Counted from the stretch's first letter, positions 26,794 through 40,515 are shown. The stretch is 64,000 nucleotides of DNA from Balanoglossus misakiensis (GCA_040954595.2 CM082591.2:2145745-2209744), one strand, 5' to 3'. A program made the numbers and translations. Notes: generated by a model not told the origin, from the letters alone.

Positions 26794-29700
26794 CTATACA
26801 GACGATAAGCATCCATCTACAACCATGTCTTCATCCTCCACGTCTTGGATCGTTGGCGGCGGAGCCTGGCTCTTCATCTTGGCCATCATGGCCGCCTGCA
26901 TCTTCTGTTGCATCGCCGCTTTGATCTTGTTCTGTCGCTTCTCGACGCGCGGTTTCAGCAGACACAGCACGGCTCCGATGATTGGACAAACGCCGAGGAT
27001 GCAGAACGACACGTTGTGAGCGCCAGTGGAGTCGAACGCAGCACCTGCAAGTAACGGACATGTAGAAAGCTTTAACCTACAGTACAGATCAAGTGTGCAT
27101 TTCTTATGTGCTAACACTGGGCTAACAAAGTGTTAGCTACTCACTGCTATTGTTTGTACAGCCTGTCTATTGCACCTGTAGCCTGATTTAGCCTGTGCTT
27201 TTGTTTATTTATTTCTTATCATGTGCATTAAGTCATGTAAAACACTATACATAACAACTTAACCACATGTAAATATTACATGTAAATGTAACTTCTGCAG
27301 TGGCCAGTGGCCACAAAATGATTTTCCTGGAGTCAGCCTTTGTAGATTGTATCATAAAACAAAATGAGGAGCATGTACATTGTATATATTTCTGAGTCAA
27401 AGTATGGGTACAACTCTCACCTGCTATAAGTGGTCCCAGTAATCCACCAAAGCCGTACCATATCATGTACAGTGCTCTGCCCGTCATCAGGTTGAGCAGT
27501 CCTACAGCTTCCCGCAAGAACACCAACGTAAAACCCGTAATTAGACCATTGCACACACCAAATACACAACAGGAAACGGCCAATCCAGGGTAGAATTTCC
27601 CCAGCGGCAGCACGAGGCTCAGGATCCCAGCCACCAATGACGACACGCCGATTATCCTGATTGGTGTACCAACCTGACGCTTGACAAGCAGGCCCTGCAG
27701 GATCCGGCCAATCAGATTCGAGATTCCAATGAGAGACACCAAGATGGCCGCCTGGAGACCGCCGCGAGGGTTGATGGCCAGAGCGCGCGGCATCATGTGT
27801 AGAAGGCTCCCATAGAACAGCACACTGAAGAGGCAGCCTACCACAGATATCAGGAGAAGCAACGGGCATTGGCAGAACAGTGGGAAGTTGTAGAGCTTCC
27901 ACATCATAATATGAGGAGGTGGTTTCTTCATGGGTGGTCCTCCTCCCATCATACCAGGTGGTCCTCCGCCTCCCATCATACCAGGTGGTCCTCCTCCCAT
28001 CATACCAGGTGGTCCTCCGCCTCCCATCATACCAGGTGGTCCTCCTCCCATCATACCAGGTGGACCCTGTGCTCCCATTGGACCAGGTGGTCTTTGTCCA
28101 GCCATCATACCTGGTGGTCTCTGACCATCCATCGCACCTGGTGGTCTTTGTCCAGCCATCATACCTGGTGGTCTCTGACCATCCATCGCACCTGGTGGTC
28201 TTTGTCCAGCCATCATACCTGGTGGTCTCTGACCATCCATCGCACCTGGTGGTCTTTGTCCAGCCATCATACCTGGTGGTCTCTGACCATCCATCGCACC
28301 TGGTGGTCTCTGTCCCCCCATTGCACCTGGTGGTCCAGGTGGCCTCTGTCCTCCCATCATTCCTGGCGGCCCTTGACCTCCCATCATACCAGGTGGTCTC
28401 TGTCCTCCCATCATTCCCGGCGGCCCCTGACCTCCCATCATCCCCGGCGGCCCCTGACCTCCCATCATCCCCGGCGGCCCCTGACCTCCCATCATCCCCG
28501 GCGGCCCCTGACCTCCCGGCGGCCCTTGACCTCCCATCATTCCCGGCGGCCCTTGACCTCCCATCATCCCCGGCGGCATCTGACCTCCCATCAAGGCTGC
28601 CATCACGTGAGGTGGTGGTGGCCCAGCCATAGCAGGAGGACCTTTCCTTGCAGGTGCTCTGAACAAAGCTGCCGACACACAAATATTTGCATTCAGAGCA
28701 GAGAGGAGCAGGAAAGATCCCTTCCAGCCATATTTCATTATCGCGAATGACACCAAGGGAGGAAGAACTAAGTGAGCAAGTCCTGCAATGATTAAAGCCA
28801 GAGTCATCGCTTTGGGAATCTTCTGTCTGAAGTACAGGTTAATGATGGCAAGAGCTGGTCCGAATGCAATCCCATATCCCAGACCTGCGAGAAAACAATA
28901 CACCTTTGGTTATACAGTAAAACCTGTCCAAACCAAATAAAGCTGTCTACACCGAACAACCATTCCTATCCCCTTCACATAAAAGAACAAGTTAGTCAAC
29001 TTACCAACCAGAACACCCAGGGTGACGTACAAGACAGCAATACTTGGAGCAAAGGAACTGGCGAAGTAGCCGACAGAAGAAAGCACTCCCCCTATCATGA
29101 CGGCGAATCTATGACTTTTTATCTTCGATATAGCCACTCCAACGTTACCTGACAAAATAAAAGTCCAATGTTAGTCAAACGATCCTTATGTCTTGTTACG
29201 AAAATGTCATAGAGAAGTTCCTAAAAACTTTGCAGTTGTGAAATAGAGGGCGGAATTACATGCAGTCAGCGAAGGATTCAGATAACCTTGGACCTACAAT
29301 GCACCATGCATTCATGTATCTCATATTGGTATGTGGGTACAGCGAATATAATACATGTATAAAGTAAACAAAAGGTAGTAAAGCCTTTAGCCCACAATAA
29401 TAAATCCCAACACGCGGTCATTCTGTACAGCAAACACTGGACGTGCAGTGTGTCAATATCAGTACCTGTATGGAAAAGAAATGCTGTGGTCAAAAATCAG
29501 GCATGTTAACTTTTGCGGCGTCCAAAGTTATTTCGCAATAATTCGAGATTACTGAAACGGATGATGCAAAAAGTTTCCCACAGAATGAAAACGGATTCTC
29601 GCGAACTGTGACCACTAGCGCAGAAAATATGAATCGGGACCTCTATAGGTGAGGTAAGAGCCCCGCCTAACGACAGAATTGCAAGCGACCCCAGTTGTAC

Positions 29701-30005
29701 ACAAAAGTAAAAAAGGTAGAAATAAATCGCAATTGCAACCACTCACCTGTCAAGAATAACAGAAACACGAGCAAGGAGAATATTCCAGACACACTGGCAG
29801 AGCTCGCCATGAAGTATCGCTGGAGAGTCAGCAACATCGGTGACAGAGACTGCGTCAGCGAAATACTGAAGGAGAAGACGATGGCTGACGCTATGGCGAC
29901 CACCCATCCGTATCCTCCATCGGCAACTGGTTGCATCATCTGCATCATTTGCATCATCATCTGCGGATTCGCCTGCATCATCATCATCATTTGTGGGTTC
30001 ATCAT
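26794..30005 (-). CDS. SLC16/monocarboxylate-transporter-family MFS protein with a long G/P/M/Q repeat loop; exons 29747-30005, 29005-29148, 27421-28884, 26794-27044
   Basis: DGGYGWVV motif at TM1, YF.Q.I.KA, YGWKGSFLLL, GLLGPLIAG.AFD.TG; about 12 hydrophobic segments; phase-1 GT-AG introns join in frame. Confidence 0.88.
27915..28642 (-). repeat. Coding minisatellite (27-bp and 54-bp units) encoding GQ[GR]PPG[MA]M[GAD] repeats
   Basis: About 24 PPG-containing units in frame within the transporter's third coding exon. Confidence 0.95.
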
Positions 30006-31829
30006 TTTGGAGGGATTGGCCTTGTTCAGGCAGCTGCTTTATATGGACGATCAGGACTCCACCGTGAACTCGCAATCTATTGAAGGAAAGTCAACTGTAT
30101 AAGAAACGGCTTGCACTATAGACTCTACTGTGCAAACGTACTTACAAGTAGTTCGACTGCGGGCATCGTCCGGTTTACACGGCTGGGCTAGCTCGTCATC
30201 CGTTCTGGCTACAGTAGACACCCTAGTCAAGGGAGGCCCCCCTGCCCGAAATAATCATACTTTGGCCAGCGAAGACGTTCTACTGGCCATTTCGGATTGT
30301 TCACAACATGTTTCACAACTACGTACCATTCCTTCGCCTTATTCCAACACAGAAATATCGTATAAACATAATTAAATTCACCGACAGCGGAGCTCGGGGC
30401 CAAAACTAAAACCAGAAATACGCACTTACCGAGTCCAACAAACTTGTACACAGACCGCGTGCCAGCCTACACGCTCACTGACTCCAGGCAGCTTACTCCT
30501 GGTCCGTATACTACTCACCATATTTTAAATTTGAAGTATACTGTCAACAAGTTTTATTGAAAAACCAAATTTATCTTCGGCCCTTTTTATGACGATGGTG
30601 AAACGCTTACTAGGGTGACCTTTAACACGGATTCAATAAGCGCATAGTAAAACTTCACAATTTATTACCGAAAGACAAAAAATAATAATTTGAATTATTA
30701 ATTTTAGCGGAAAACATAAAGAAGGGTATTCCCAGCAGTATTATGTGACGTCACGCGGTGAATAGATTTAACAGGCATTTTGTACGTTCTTTGGTTCCGT
30801 AGCTAACTTTTTCTATGTTTGAGATATGCCCCCTCCAAAAATATTTATTATGCAAATGTAAGTCTCTTACTACTTTACTGAACTATCAATCAATCTGTAT
30901 GTGACGTCATGTCGGCCAAGACTCTCAACGAAACGTCACATCGGTATTTAGCATTTTGAGATGTCCTCATATTTATATGGGGTGCCAACTTTGAGTATAA
31001 TAGACTGCCAAAGATGTTGTCTCAAATACTTCACCCCTATACAGAGTGGTTGTCTAACACTATAATCTCTTGTGACCTTGCTTGACCTGGACAGGCTCCT
31101 GTATTGATTGGCCTTTACCCTACATTGTTATTGGGATTATTAATATAGCGTGTACCTATAGCTAGTTGATTAATTTCCAAGAAAGCGCGCCCCCATGGTT
31201 AGCTTCTAAGGTTGACGACGGCCCAGTGGCACAGAGTAGACACTTCTATTTGGATGGAGAAACAAGTGACACTTACAGTCCATCGCCCCTTAACCTAAGT
31301 ATTGTTAATCGATTCCATAGTTACAAGTCCATTGAAGGTGTTTGAAAAAAAGTAGTTTATTAAGTGACGCAAGTGTACATAGCTCATGGATGCAGATTCG
31401 AGGGCGAGTGAACATTAACACAACCTTGACTCGAATTGGACTATTGGCAATTGCAGGATGCTGAATTCTTTAGTGAAAGTGTGAATTTTAATAGAAAATC
31501 GTTGATATTTACAAGGAATATCTCGATATTTGAATGACGTTTTCCAACATTGAAAAGCGACTGAAAATCGGTAACATTATTTCTGACCCCCTAGCCCCAA
31601 ATTTTATGTTTAAAAATCAACAAACTAGGTATGCTTTTATCGTTTATTTCTTTTTACAATTTCACTTTATCTTGAAGTTCATATTTGATACATTTCTGTT
31701 TTGAACTAGAATGTACCCCATAATGTTTTATGCTTTTTTTCGAATTTCGTATAAGTATGACAACGATGGTCATGATTTGAAACAAATCGTGTAATACCCA
31801 GTGAAGGGTATTTCAATATGGCTGCCTGT

Positions 31830-34800
31830 CTATGTGTAGTAACAGTAATGGAGCTGGTGTTGAGCGAAGCCTCCGGTATTGTAGGGCCCGAAGCCGCCGA
31901 CGTCATCCTGATTCAGCGTGTTCTCGTTATCAGAGAGGAACCACTCATCCGTTGCTGTCATGCCAACCACGGCCTGACAGTTGGCGGTGCGCTTGACCAG
32001 GACGAAGGGCACGTCTGTGGGCAGGTAGATGGGGTCGGTGGACAGGCCATCCTCGCGGCAACAGTACTTGATCTCCGTGTTTCTGTCGTAGGTTCCGTCC
32101 GGCAGGGTCCCGCCCAGGCTGTTGTCTTGCGGGTCGGTGTCTTCGTCGTCCCAGAATACGAAGCCTTCTGCAAAACCTGTGAATAATAGCAGTAGTATTA
32201 GTAGTGGTGGTGGTGGTGGTGGACAAGAAAAAACGTCGCTTGAGGGCGCTCTCTGCGGTATACCCTCGAACGACGAAAGATTACTGGTAAAGTAGTATAA
32301 CTATGCTTACTTGCGGGACAAGCCCCCTTCTTGTAGATGCAGTATTCACCGGGGGTCCACACCCAGTCGTCCGTCGATACTGTGGGGACTGTTTTCATGC
32401 AGAAGTTTTGCTGCGAGGAGGTCAGGGTGTAAGGCCCCTCCAAGTCGTACGGTGTGCTCCATGCATTTCCGGTGCCGCCATCTTCGTTGTCCTGGAAACG
32501 AAAACCGGTCTCGAAAGCGAACCCGACGCTGTTCGGGCAACCGTCGACTGGGGTTGGGAGGCCGTACGAGTCTGCGGGCCAGGTGATTGGTGTTTGAACA
32601 GCTGGGTCTGAAACAAATTGAATCCAAACATCGTCCGTCATTTCCAAGAGTCAGACTTTTATGAAGAAGAAGAAAAAGGACAAAAACACAGAAAAACTGA
32701 ACTTCAAGACGCTGCACTTACTGGAAGGCATAACGACCGACTTATAAGACGCATAGTTAGACAGTGCTGTGTCAATGTGACCTTGTCTGACGGTCAGATC
32801 GGCCAAATCTTCCAGGACGCAAAGACTGGTGGAGACGTAATCGCAGAATTTGCGCCAGTAGTCGATGCCGAGGGCATCGGATATGGGCATCACCACCAGC
32901 TCCATGGGCTCGGTCATAGCGCCATCACCGCCGGTCTCGAAGACACCTTTCTCGTCGCCGAATTTGGTGTTGGCGTCCATGTTGCTTACAAACATGTCCA
33001 TGTCGACCACCAAGGAGTTGTTGTATGCATTGTAAGGGCCTCCTTGACTTACACAACCTGGGCACTGTAATGATAAGTAATTTGGGGTGAAAAGTGAGTT
33101 TTTTGCTTGAAATCAAGTTCAGCCTGACATCAATGAACACCGTGTCATCACTTTGAGGCTAATTCTAGAAATGTGACCTCTAAACTTGGCAGCGAAGTAA
33201 GGGTGTAACCGATTGACTTACCTCTGTCAGGGAATATGAGACGAAAACTGGAGTTTCGTCCATGTATCGTTTTGTTATACGAGATCCATAAGACAGTTGT
33301 GTGACCACGTGCTGTTATTCAAAACAAGAAGACTGTGTTATTGACAAGTGGAGAGTTGAGAAGTGACCCACAGTGCCCCAACAGTCAAATTTGGTTGTTA
33401 CTTTGTATTACACTGTAGTGTAACTGCTACAATGTACATCATTACAAACAATATGGTTGTTACTTTGTATTACACTGTAGTGTAACTGCTACAATGTATA
33501 TCATCGTAAACAATGTGGTTGTTACTTTGTATTACACTGTAGTGTAACTGCTACAATGTACATGGTGGCAAACAATGCATCGTTACTTTTTAGCACATTT
33601 CCAAGTAAATTTGATATTACACTGTATCGGTTGGCAGGTCTCTCTGAAAGGGACATTGGTGTGCTTATAACCAGAAAAGTCGCACATGCGTAATTCAGAC
33701 GTTCCTCGTCTTAGAGAGTTTTGACAGAGAAGTCCCAGGTGGGGTTTACATGTACTTACAGTGCCCCAGTCGTCCAGGAAATTCATGTACACCTCCTCTT
33801 CGTAAGTGTTCGGCAAACCGCAGATGGCCGAGGCGAAGGAATCAGTCAGAGGGAACTCCTCGACAGAGGCGTCCTCTGTGCGAATTCGTGTGTAGCCGCA
33901 ATAGGTTTCTTGTCTCTCATCGTAGGTGACCAGACCCTGGTCGTTGTTGGTCTGCTTGATGTAATCATACCCTGAAGATAGAACACCACTTGCTTGAAAT
34001 AGCCCTGGGTCAGTTTGTAGTTACGCAGTTTTGCAGTTGACAAAACCATTTGGCAAAGTTTATATCAAAATGAAGCACGCAGGCAGGTTATCATCAAACC
34101 TGTATTGTCAATTGAATATCTCTAGTAGGTTATCAAGACCATGTTTGCAGCAAGCTATCACTTATCTTCAAACATTTCCGCCACATTATCTCCGGGCCGC
34201 CCCACCCTGTTAGTGCATTGCCCAATCCGCACGTTATCAAATGGACTCATAGTAACAAGGTATTAAGGTAGAGGATATACTCACCGGAACTCTGAGCATA
34301 CGAGTATCCGTCTATTCCAGAGGGCGCTGTTGAAAGAAAGCAAACGTTGCTATCAGTCCGCCATCTTTTATTGTGGTAGTAGAGGAACGGTCATGACACT
34401 ATTTATATTAGACGCCTTCAAAACATCACTAATTTTACAAATTTTCCAATTGTCTGTCCTATTTTTGAGAAAAGTGAGTTTGTGAGGTTTGATAAATTTA
34501 CCTGATGTGACCACGTACTGATCGAGTGTGTTTTGGTACCTGAGGGTTCCCTCTAATGTGTCGCTGTACTGTGTGACGTTGCAAGGTCCCGGAAGAAAAG
34601 TCTCGCCCTGGTCGGGATTCACGCCATCGTTCAAATAGGTGATGAGAAACACTGGTCGTGTCAGCTTCAAACCTGGGTCGACACCACCACCAAACCCAAG
34701 CTCTCCTGAAATAATAGGATGTGGGGCAGGTTATGCTCACTATTTTCGAATCACTTGATATCACTGACAAACACTTGAAATATCGGCGAGTGACATGCAT

Positions 34801-34953
34801 GACATGTATAGAACTTAGAAGGTGACATATCAAACACCTACCTTCGGGGTTACCAGTCAAAATGTTGTAGCCCACTCCAAGGTAGTTCGTTGCTTCGGGT
34901 AGTTGCGCCCTCACATGGCAGACGAGGGCAAGGAGTGGAAGATAACGAAGCAT
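31830..34953 (-). CDS. Apextrin-like protein A (signal peptide + MACPF + ApeC); 8 coding exons at ~34842-34953, 34502-34704, 34285-34327, 33760-33972, 33222-33311, 32721-33064, 32311-32587, 31830-32176
   Basis: YLGVGYNILTGNP..GVDPG, FLDDWGTHVVTQLSYGS (MACPF signature), ApeC motifs WPADSYGLP..GCP, QNFCMK, W.PGEYCIYKKG.CP, WDDED, YCCREDG, LHYCYY. Confidence 0.88.
33392..33562. repeat. ~62-bp tandem repeat x3 (intronic)
   Basis: tggttgttactttgtattacactgtagtgtaactgctacaatgta... three times. Confidence 0.9.
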
Positions 34954-37098
34954 CCTAAAGTTTGACAAGAGAGCACATTGCAAACTGTTAGCATTGAAAA
35001 TCACTTAACACATTGTTACTTATAGAAAATTGATTACATTTTTTTAACATAAAGCAAACTACACTGATATACTGACAGAACTATCTGACCAGTCTCGAAA
35101 ACAATTATTTTGTAAAATGCTTTTCAAAATTCTGATACTGGTACTCTTTTGCAAAAGGAACATGTTTTAAATAGTAGCATCTTGTGCCATGACGAAGCAG
35201 TTCATTAAAGGATTTGTTGTCGATAATATTCACTCCAAGCTGCGAAATTTAGTATCCTGTGTTACAACAAAATACAGGTACTGTGGTGGGTTCGTACAAT
35301 GGTTAATTTGAGTTCAAGGGGGCGAGTGTAGTTCAAGATCAGTGTAACTCACCTGCTGAGATGTCTTGATATAGGAAGTACGAAAGCCTCTGTTGCTGTC
35401 TCCCTGTCCTGAACGCTTTTAACTCCAAATAGAACGTCAAACTTTTTTCCCAGGTTTTGACCCGTGACGTCAGCCCTCTGTCCGCGTTGTTATCGCGTTA
35501 TCACGCGTTGAAAACGTCAGCCCCCACGTGAAAAGTCTGTCAAAAAGTGACTTCTGAGTACTACCGCATGGTTTTGAGAGCTATACTCAAAATTATTGGT
35601 TTTGTGTTTGCGAAGGAACCCCAGTTTTTGTGTACAAAATGTACTGAGCTGAGAATTCCACATCTTGCGTTCTTGTAAGACGCTTGGCAACATTTCTTCG
35701 TGTTTGTTCGTGTCACGAATTCATTCGCCTCAAACCCATGAATAAATTACGAGATAATGAGCTGTTACTTTTTGCAATGTTGTCATGGTAGCTGTTTGAA
35801 TTTTAAACCATACGGGTTGTCCCTCTACACGTATCCATGTCAACACGTTCACAGTTTCAAACATCACTTTTGAAGAAAAAAATATATTGGATATAGGGTC
35901 GAGAATACCTAATTAATTAACATACATCAACTGAGCTTCCTATCGTTATCTGATATCCTCCATTATCAGCGATGGTTGTCACTTGCAACTGGAAATGTTT
36001 TAAACCATTCAATCTATTATCAACAACAGCTTTTATTTTCTCACAGCTAGCAAGATATCCAACCAATTATCAGGTGACACCTCTTTCCATAAGTAAATGA
36101 CCTCCGGTCCAAAATTTCACAATGTCACAGTCGGACAAAGACACGCCTTTGCCCTTGAAATTTCTGTCCCGGTTTTCTGAATCAGTTATCAGATAACGAG
36201 ACGAAGCATCCGAATATAAACGATTCGTGCCCCGAGAGACCGACAGCATAATTTAATTCAGGGGTAGCTACCACCAATGTACTGGTGATGTATCGCAAAA
36301 CTGCATTGTTTTCAAGATGGCGGTTGACTTGCCAGTAATGTCGTATAGCGGCCATTTTGTCCACACTAGTCTGGGCATTATGGCGGTTGGTGCGTAGCCG
36401 ACCCCGGCTATTCTGTAGCACAGCGCTGCCGGCGATAGAATTGGGTCAGGCAACCAGACTATGTGTGGGGGATGTACACACATGCAAGTGTATTGTAGTT
36501 TAGCTCGGATGTTCAATAGTGTCCGTAAACTTTATTTTGAGTTTGGGGGAACTCTATTTAAGAACGTTAACACATAAGAAAATGATTAATCAAGGTAATA
36601 AGACTCCAGAAAGTCGACTCATTGTGTCAAAAATTTAGATGACACATTTCCCCTTGACTGTTTAATTCAATATGATGCAATATCTCATTGATACAAAAAA
36701 TAACACATTGTAATGGGACGACCACCTGTGGCAAGCTGTATATCACCTCATAAGTAATTTTAACTTTTGGATTTGTAGATTGAGATCCCCAAGCATAAAA
36801 TAACAATGAACACAGACACAGAGAATACTCTATTGACTCTACGTTGTTTAAGCCTTACCGGCATTATATTTATTGAACGTAACTTCTGTTTAACACGATT
36901 TTGTTTGAATGCGTATGTTCTTGAAAGTGCAACTAAAATTCCATTGATAGATAATTCAAATTATATAACCCCGCCTGGTCATTTATGAAAAAGAGACATT
37001 GACCATGAAAATTTTTTTGGAGTTTGGCTAAACGACGCCATGACCAAGCTGGCAAGCACATTTAACTATTCCAGAGCCATCTGAAATCTGTCATCTGA

Positions 37099-40000
37099 TT
37101 AAGAGTAATAACAATAATGCAGTCTATGGTCGTCGTCTTCGCCAGCATCCTCAAGCGGGTGATATCCTCCCTTGTCGCTCTTCGAAAAGGCATCCTCGCA
37201 GTCCCAGTAAAACCACTGATGGCTCACAGACATTCCGTAGACATTAGGGCAGGCAGACGTGCGCTTAATTAGTGCAAACGGCTTGTCTGTGGGAAAGTAC
37301 ATGAGTTTACTAGACGAGCCATCATCACGACAGCAATAGTAGATTTTGGTATTGTCGTCGTACTCGCCGTCAGGTAAAGTACCGCCATAGCGATTAATAT
37401 TACCACTGTCTTCATCATCCCAGTAGATCCAGCCGCTCGAGAAACCTGTTAAACACAATGTACACATAGCAGCATGTTAACACTCCGAGCAAATAGACCA
37501 CTTTCCGAACACCACAAGACCCTGCGAGATATCGCGTGGCTAAGCAGTTTACATGGGAGGAAACGCACAAAAAACGCGACCCGCCTTGTTAAACGGAACA
37601 AAACTTGCAAGTTTAAAGTAAAAACTTTGATGTTATCAATGTGTTACTGGTGGGAAAGTTACCTGACGGACAGCTGTATTTCTCGAATATGCAGTAATGT
37701 CCACTGGTCCATTTCCAATCATATGATTTGGCCTGGGTAGTGGTTTTCATGCAAAAATTCTGGTCCATGTCATCTTCGTAAACGGGTCCCTGCAAATCGT
37801 ATGGATCCGACCAGTCATTGCTGGCATTACTGTCTTCGGTGTCGTGTCGACGATATCCCGTGTTCCAGCTAAAACCGGAAGAAGATGGGCATTCGTCAGT
37901 TGTCATGGGCAGTCCGTAGGTACCGGTAGGCCACGTGATCGGTGTTTGGACCGATGGGTCTGGAGAAGAAGAAAAAACAACCCCGTTAGGTGTGCATCCA
38001 CCCTCTCAGGAATCTGTGTAATGCATACACTCAACGAAGTGCTATTTGAGCGGACACAGTGAACGCACCTCATTGACAGATTTTCCTAAAATGATAGTCC
38101 TCTCATATTTGAGGAATATTTTGCTCAAGGCAACTTTACATTATTTTCGCTTAACATTGAGAATAAAAATTAGTGGTCACATTGCAAAATTGTCTCAAAT
38201 GTCAAAATCAAAATGGCCGCCAATCTCTGTATTCATACCGTGGAGACAATTTAAAGTAGTGATTTTAGTATTAAAACAATCCGGCAAACACTTTAATCTA
38301 GAAGGGGACAAAATGAAAGGTTTGGAGGGCTATCATTTGTTATGAAAATCTGTCCCCAGGGCGCGAACTACATAATCAACAGTTCTGAAATAAAACTGTA
38401 GTGTACTGAGTATTATATTATACCAGTATATTGATGGTGTAAATCACGCTATTTGATTGGTCGAGACACGACACGTGACCGTGATATATTAGCCATATAC
38501 CACAGTCATATATCATAGTTAAAGAAAATGCCTTTTTAAAATGTTTTATGCAAAGTTTCAATATACTGGCATAATATAATAGCAATAAAACACCCCCAGC
38601 CATGGTATACCACTCGATTTTGACCAGTTCAACTCCATATACGCACTCGCTATCGCTCGTGCGTATATGTCGTGAACTGGTCAAAATCTCGTGATATACC
38701 ATGGCTGGGGGTGTTTTATTGCTTAATCATACTATACGGAGATGGTGCATTCTTCCAAGCAGCGTATTCCTGCAACGCTGTTGCCACGTGATTCTCTTTG
38801 ACCCCAAGGTCGGTCAGGTCATTAGGTTGACATCCAGATTGGTTCATGTACTTCTCAAAGTGCCGCCAATAATCATGGTCGAACGTCTCATTGATGCTGA
38901 TGACCCGGATGGAGATAGGCAGGTCTAACTGATTACTTCCGGTTACTGTGTTGACAATCAGGCTACCAAATCTTGAAGTTACTTGATTTTCAAAGCTGAA
39001 CATGTCAACAACAACCGAGTCTTTATATCCGTTGTATGAACCGCCGTAAGATACTGTGCTGCTATACTGTGTATGAAATAATAACACGGTTTTAATGAAG
39101 CACATAGATACATTGATACAGATACTAGTACATACATACATACATACATACATACATACATACATACATACATACATACATACATACATTCTTGGTTGTT
39201 GTTTACACTTACCGATTCATAAGCATCAAAACAAAAATCCGATTCATCCTTTGCATAAATATCAGATTCTTTTGTTCCCAGATTGACTTCGACTATGACA
39301 TCCTATGAAAATACCAGATACAAAATCCTGAAGTTACGTATTTACTTTGGTATAGTTTGGGGTGGGCGATTTTGTAAACCAAAGTAGATAGCGACTAGCG
39401 TGCGCGCTGTGACATGACTTAATGTCTTACCGTTCCCCACGTATCTAGAAACTCCATGTATGCTGTCTGATTGTAGACTGCTGGCAAGGCACAGACCGCT
39501 GCAGCAAAGTCAAATGTAACAGGGTATTTCAGTGCTTCGACATTTTCCAGTTGATACCTGGCTGAGCCTCGATCGCAACGAGATCGTTCTTCGTACAAAA
39601 CATCACCCTGCACGTGCGCAGTGTTGTACACTTCGTCATAAACTGAAAAAAAAATCATGGACAAGTAAAATACTGTTCCTATTGAGTGGTTCTGGCATAA
39701 GTCCTTGCTTTTTCTTTGTATGAATTCATTACACGATGTGGGAATTTTTCTCTCATTGAGGGCCAGTTTATATCATGTCTAACGAAACATTATGTATGAA
39801 AATGTGGATTAATGCTACCTACTTTCATTAATTGTGAATTCTTTGCCAGTAGAATGAGATATACCATCTGAAAGAGTAATAGGACAAAACATGATAGAAA
39901 CAACAAACATAGGAAGGCAGACAGACAGACAGTAAGTCAGTCAGTCAGTCAGTCAAACATACAATCCAAAAATTTAAAAATATTTGATCAATTAATCTTC

Positions 40001-40515
40001 AATTCGTCTTCACATGTTCTTTGCAGCTATGCACTAACATGAAGGAATTAATCCACTTGCTCTATTTCAAACTCAAGTGAATTAGCACATTGGTTGTTGT
40101 TGATTTTAACGCACACAGACAATCTCAAATCTTGGTCTACCTTACCTATTCGTACTACATCGTCTACGATATTTCTTTGATAACTTTCAGTGCCCCAGAA
40201 AACGTAGTCCGTTGTTTGCCATGAGCATGAAGATGCTATGTTGTACTCCACTTGGTCAGGTCTCTGATACGTTCCATCGTCAGACGTATAGCCTTGGTAG
40301 TAGGAAAGTTCCAAGATGTTGCTCTTTGTCATGATGCCCGGGTCTATCCCACCATCGAAGGTCTTTGTTCCCATCGGGTTGCCCAGGATTACGTTGTATC
40401 CCAGGCCTATGTGTTCGACCCCGGCTGGTGCAGGCAACGGTTGTGGTGATGGTGTCGTTTGGCACCCTGCCTGCGACACCAACATCATCGCCACTGGTAA
40501 TAGCACTGACAACAT
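37099..40515 (-). CDS. Apextrin-like protein B (MACPF + ApeC); exons ~40146-40515, 39823-39867, 39431-39642, 39213-39302, 38733-39066, 37663-37959, 37099-37445
   Basis: Signal peptide, IGLGYNVILGNP..GGIDPG, FLDTWGT, ApeC with DTED/DDED/DCED motifs, ends LHYCYYS*. Confidence 0.88.
38413..38724. mobile_element. ~310-bp non-autonomous element with terminal long hairpin (Crypton-like), in an apextrin B intron
   Basis: Hairpin 38581-38723 (agcaataaaacacccccagccatggtata...tataccatggctgggggtgttttattgct); second copy at 1-238. The superfamily assignment is from recalled architecture only. Confidence 0.7.
39129..39188. repeat. (ACAT)n microsatellite
   Basis: Visible tetranucleotide run. Confidence 0.95.

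Noticed and set aside
27915-28642. A separate collagen gene
   Set aside because: The repeat is in frame between transporter TM6 and TM7, with no signal peptide or collagen terminal domains.
27417-28750. Long overlapping and antisense ORFs (421, 293, 237 aa)
   Set aside because: Shadow frames of the stop-poor coding minisatellite in the SLC16 gene.
30006-30290. Upstream in-frame extension of the SLC16 N-terminus (MASRTSSLAKV...)
   Set aside because: Three in-frame stops across the putative spliced leader; treated as 5' UTR with short uORFs.
38716-38732. Apextrin B truncated by the adjacent insertion
   Set aside because: The phase-1 donor (A|gtatga) is intact and matches those of C and D; the downstream ApeC exons are open.
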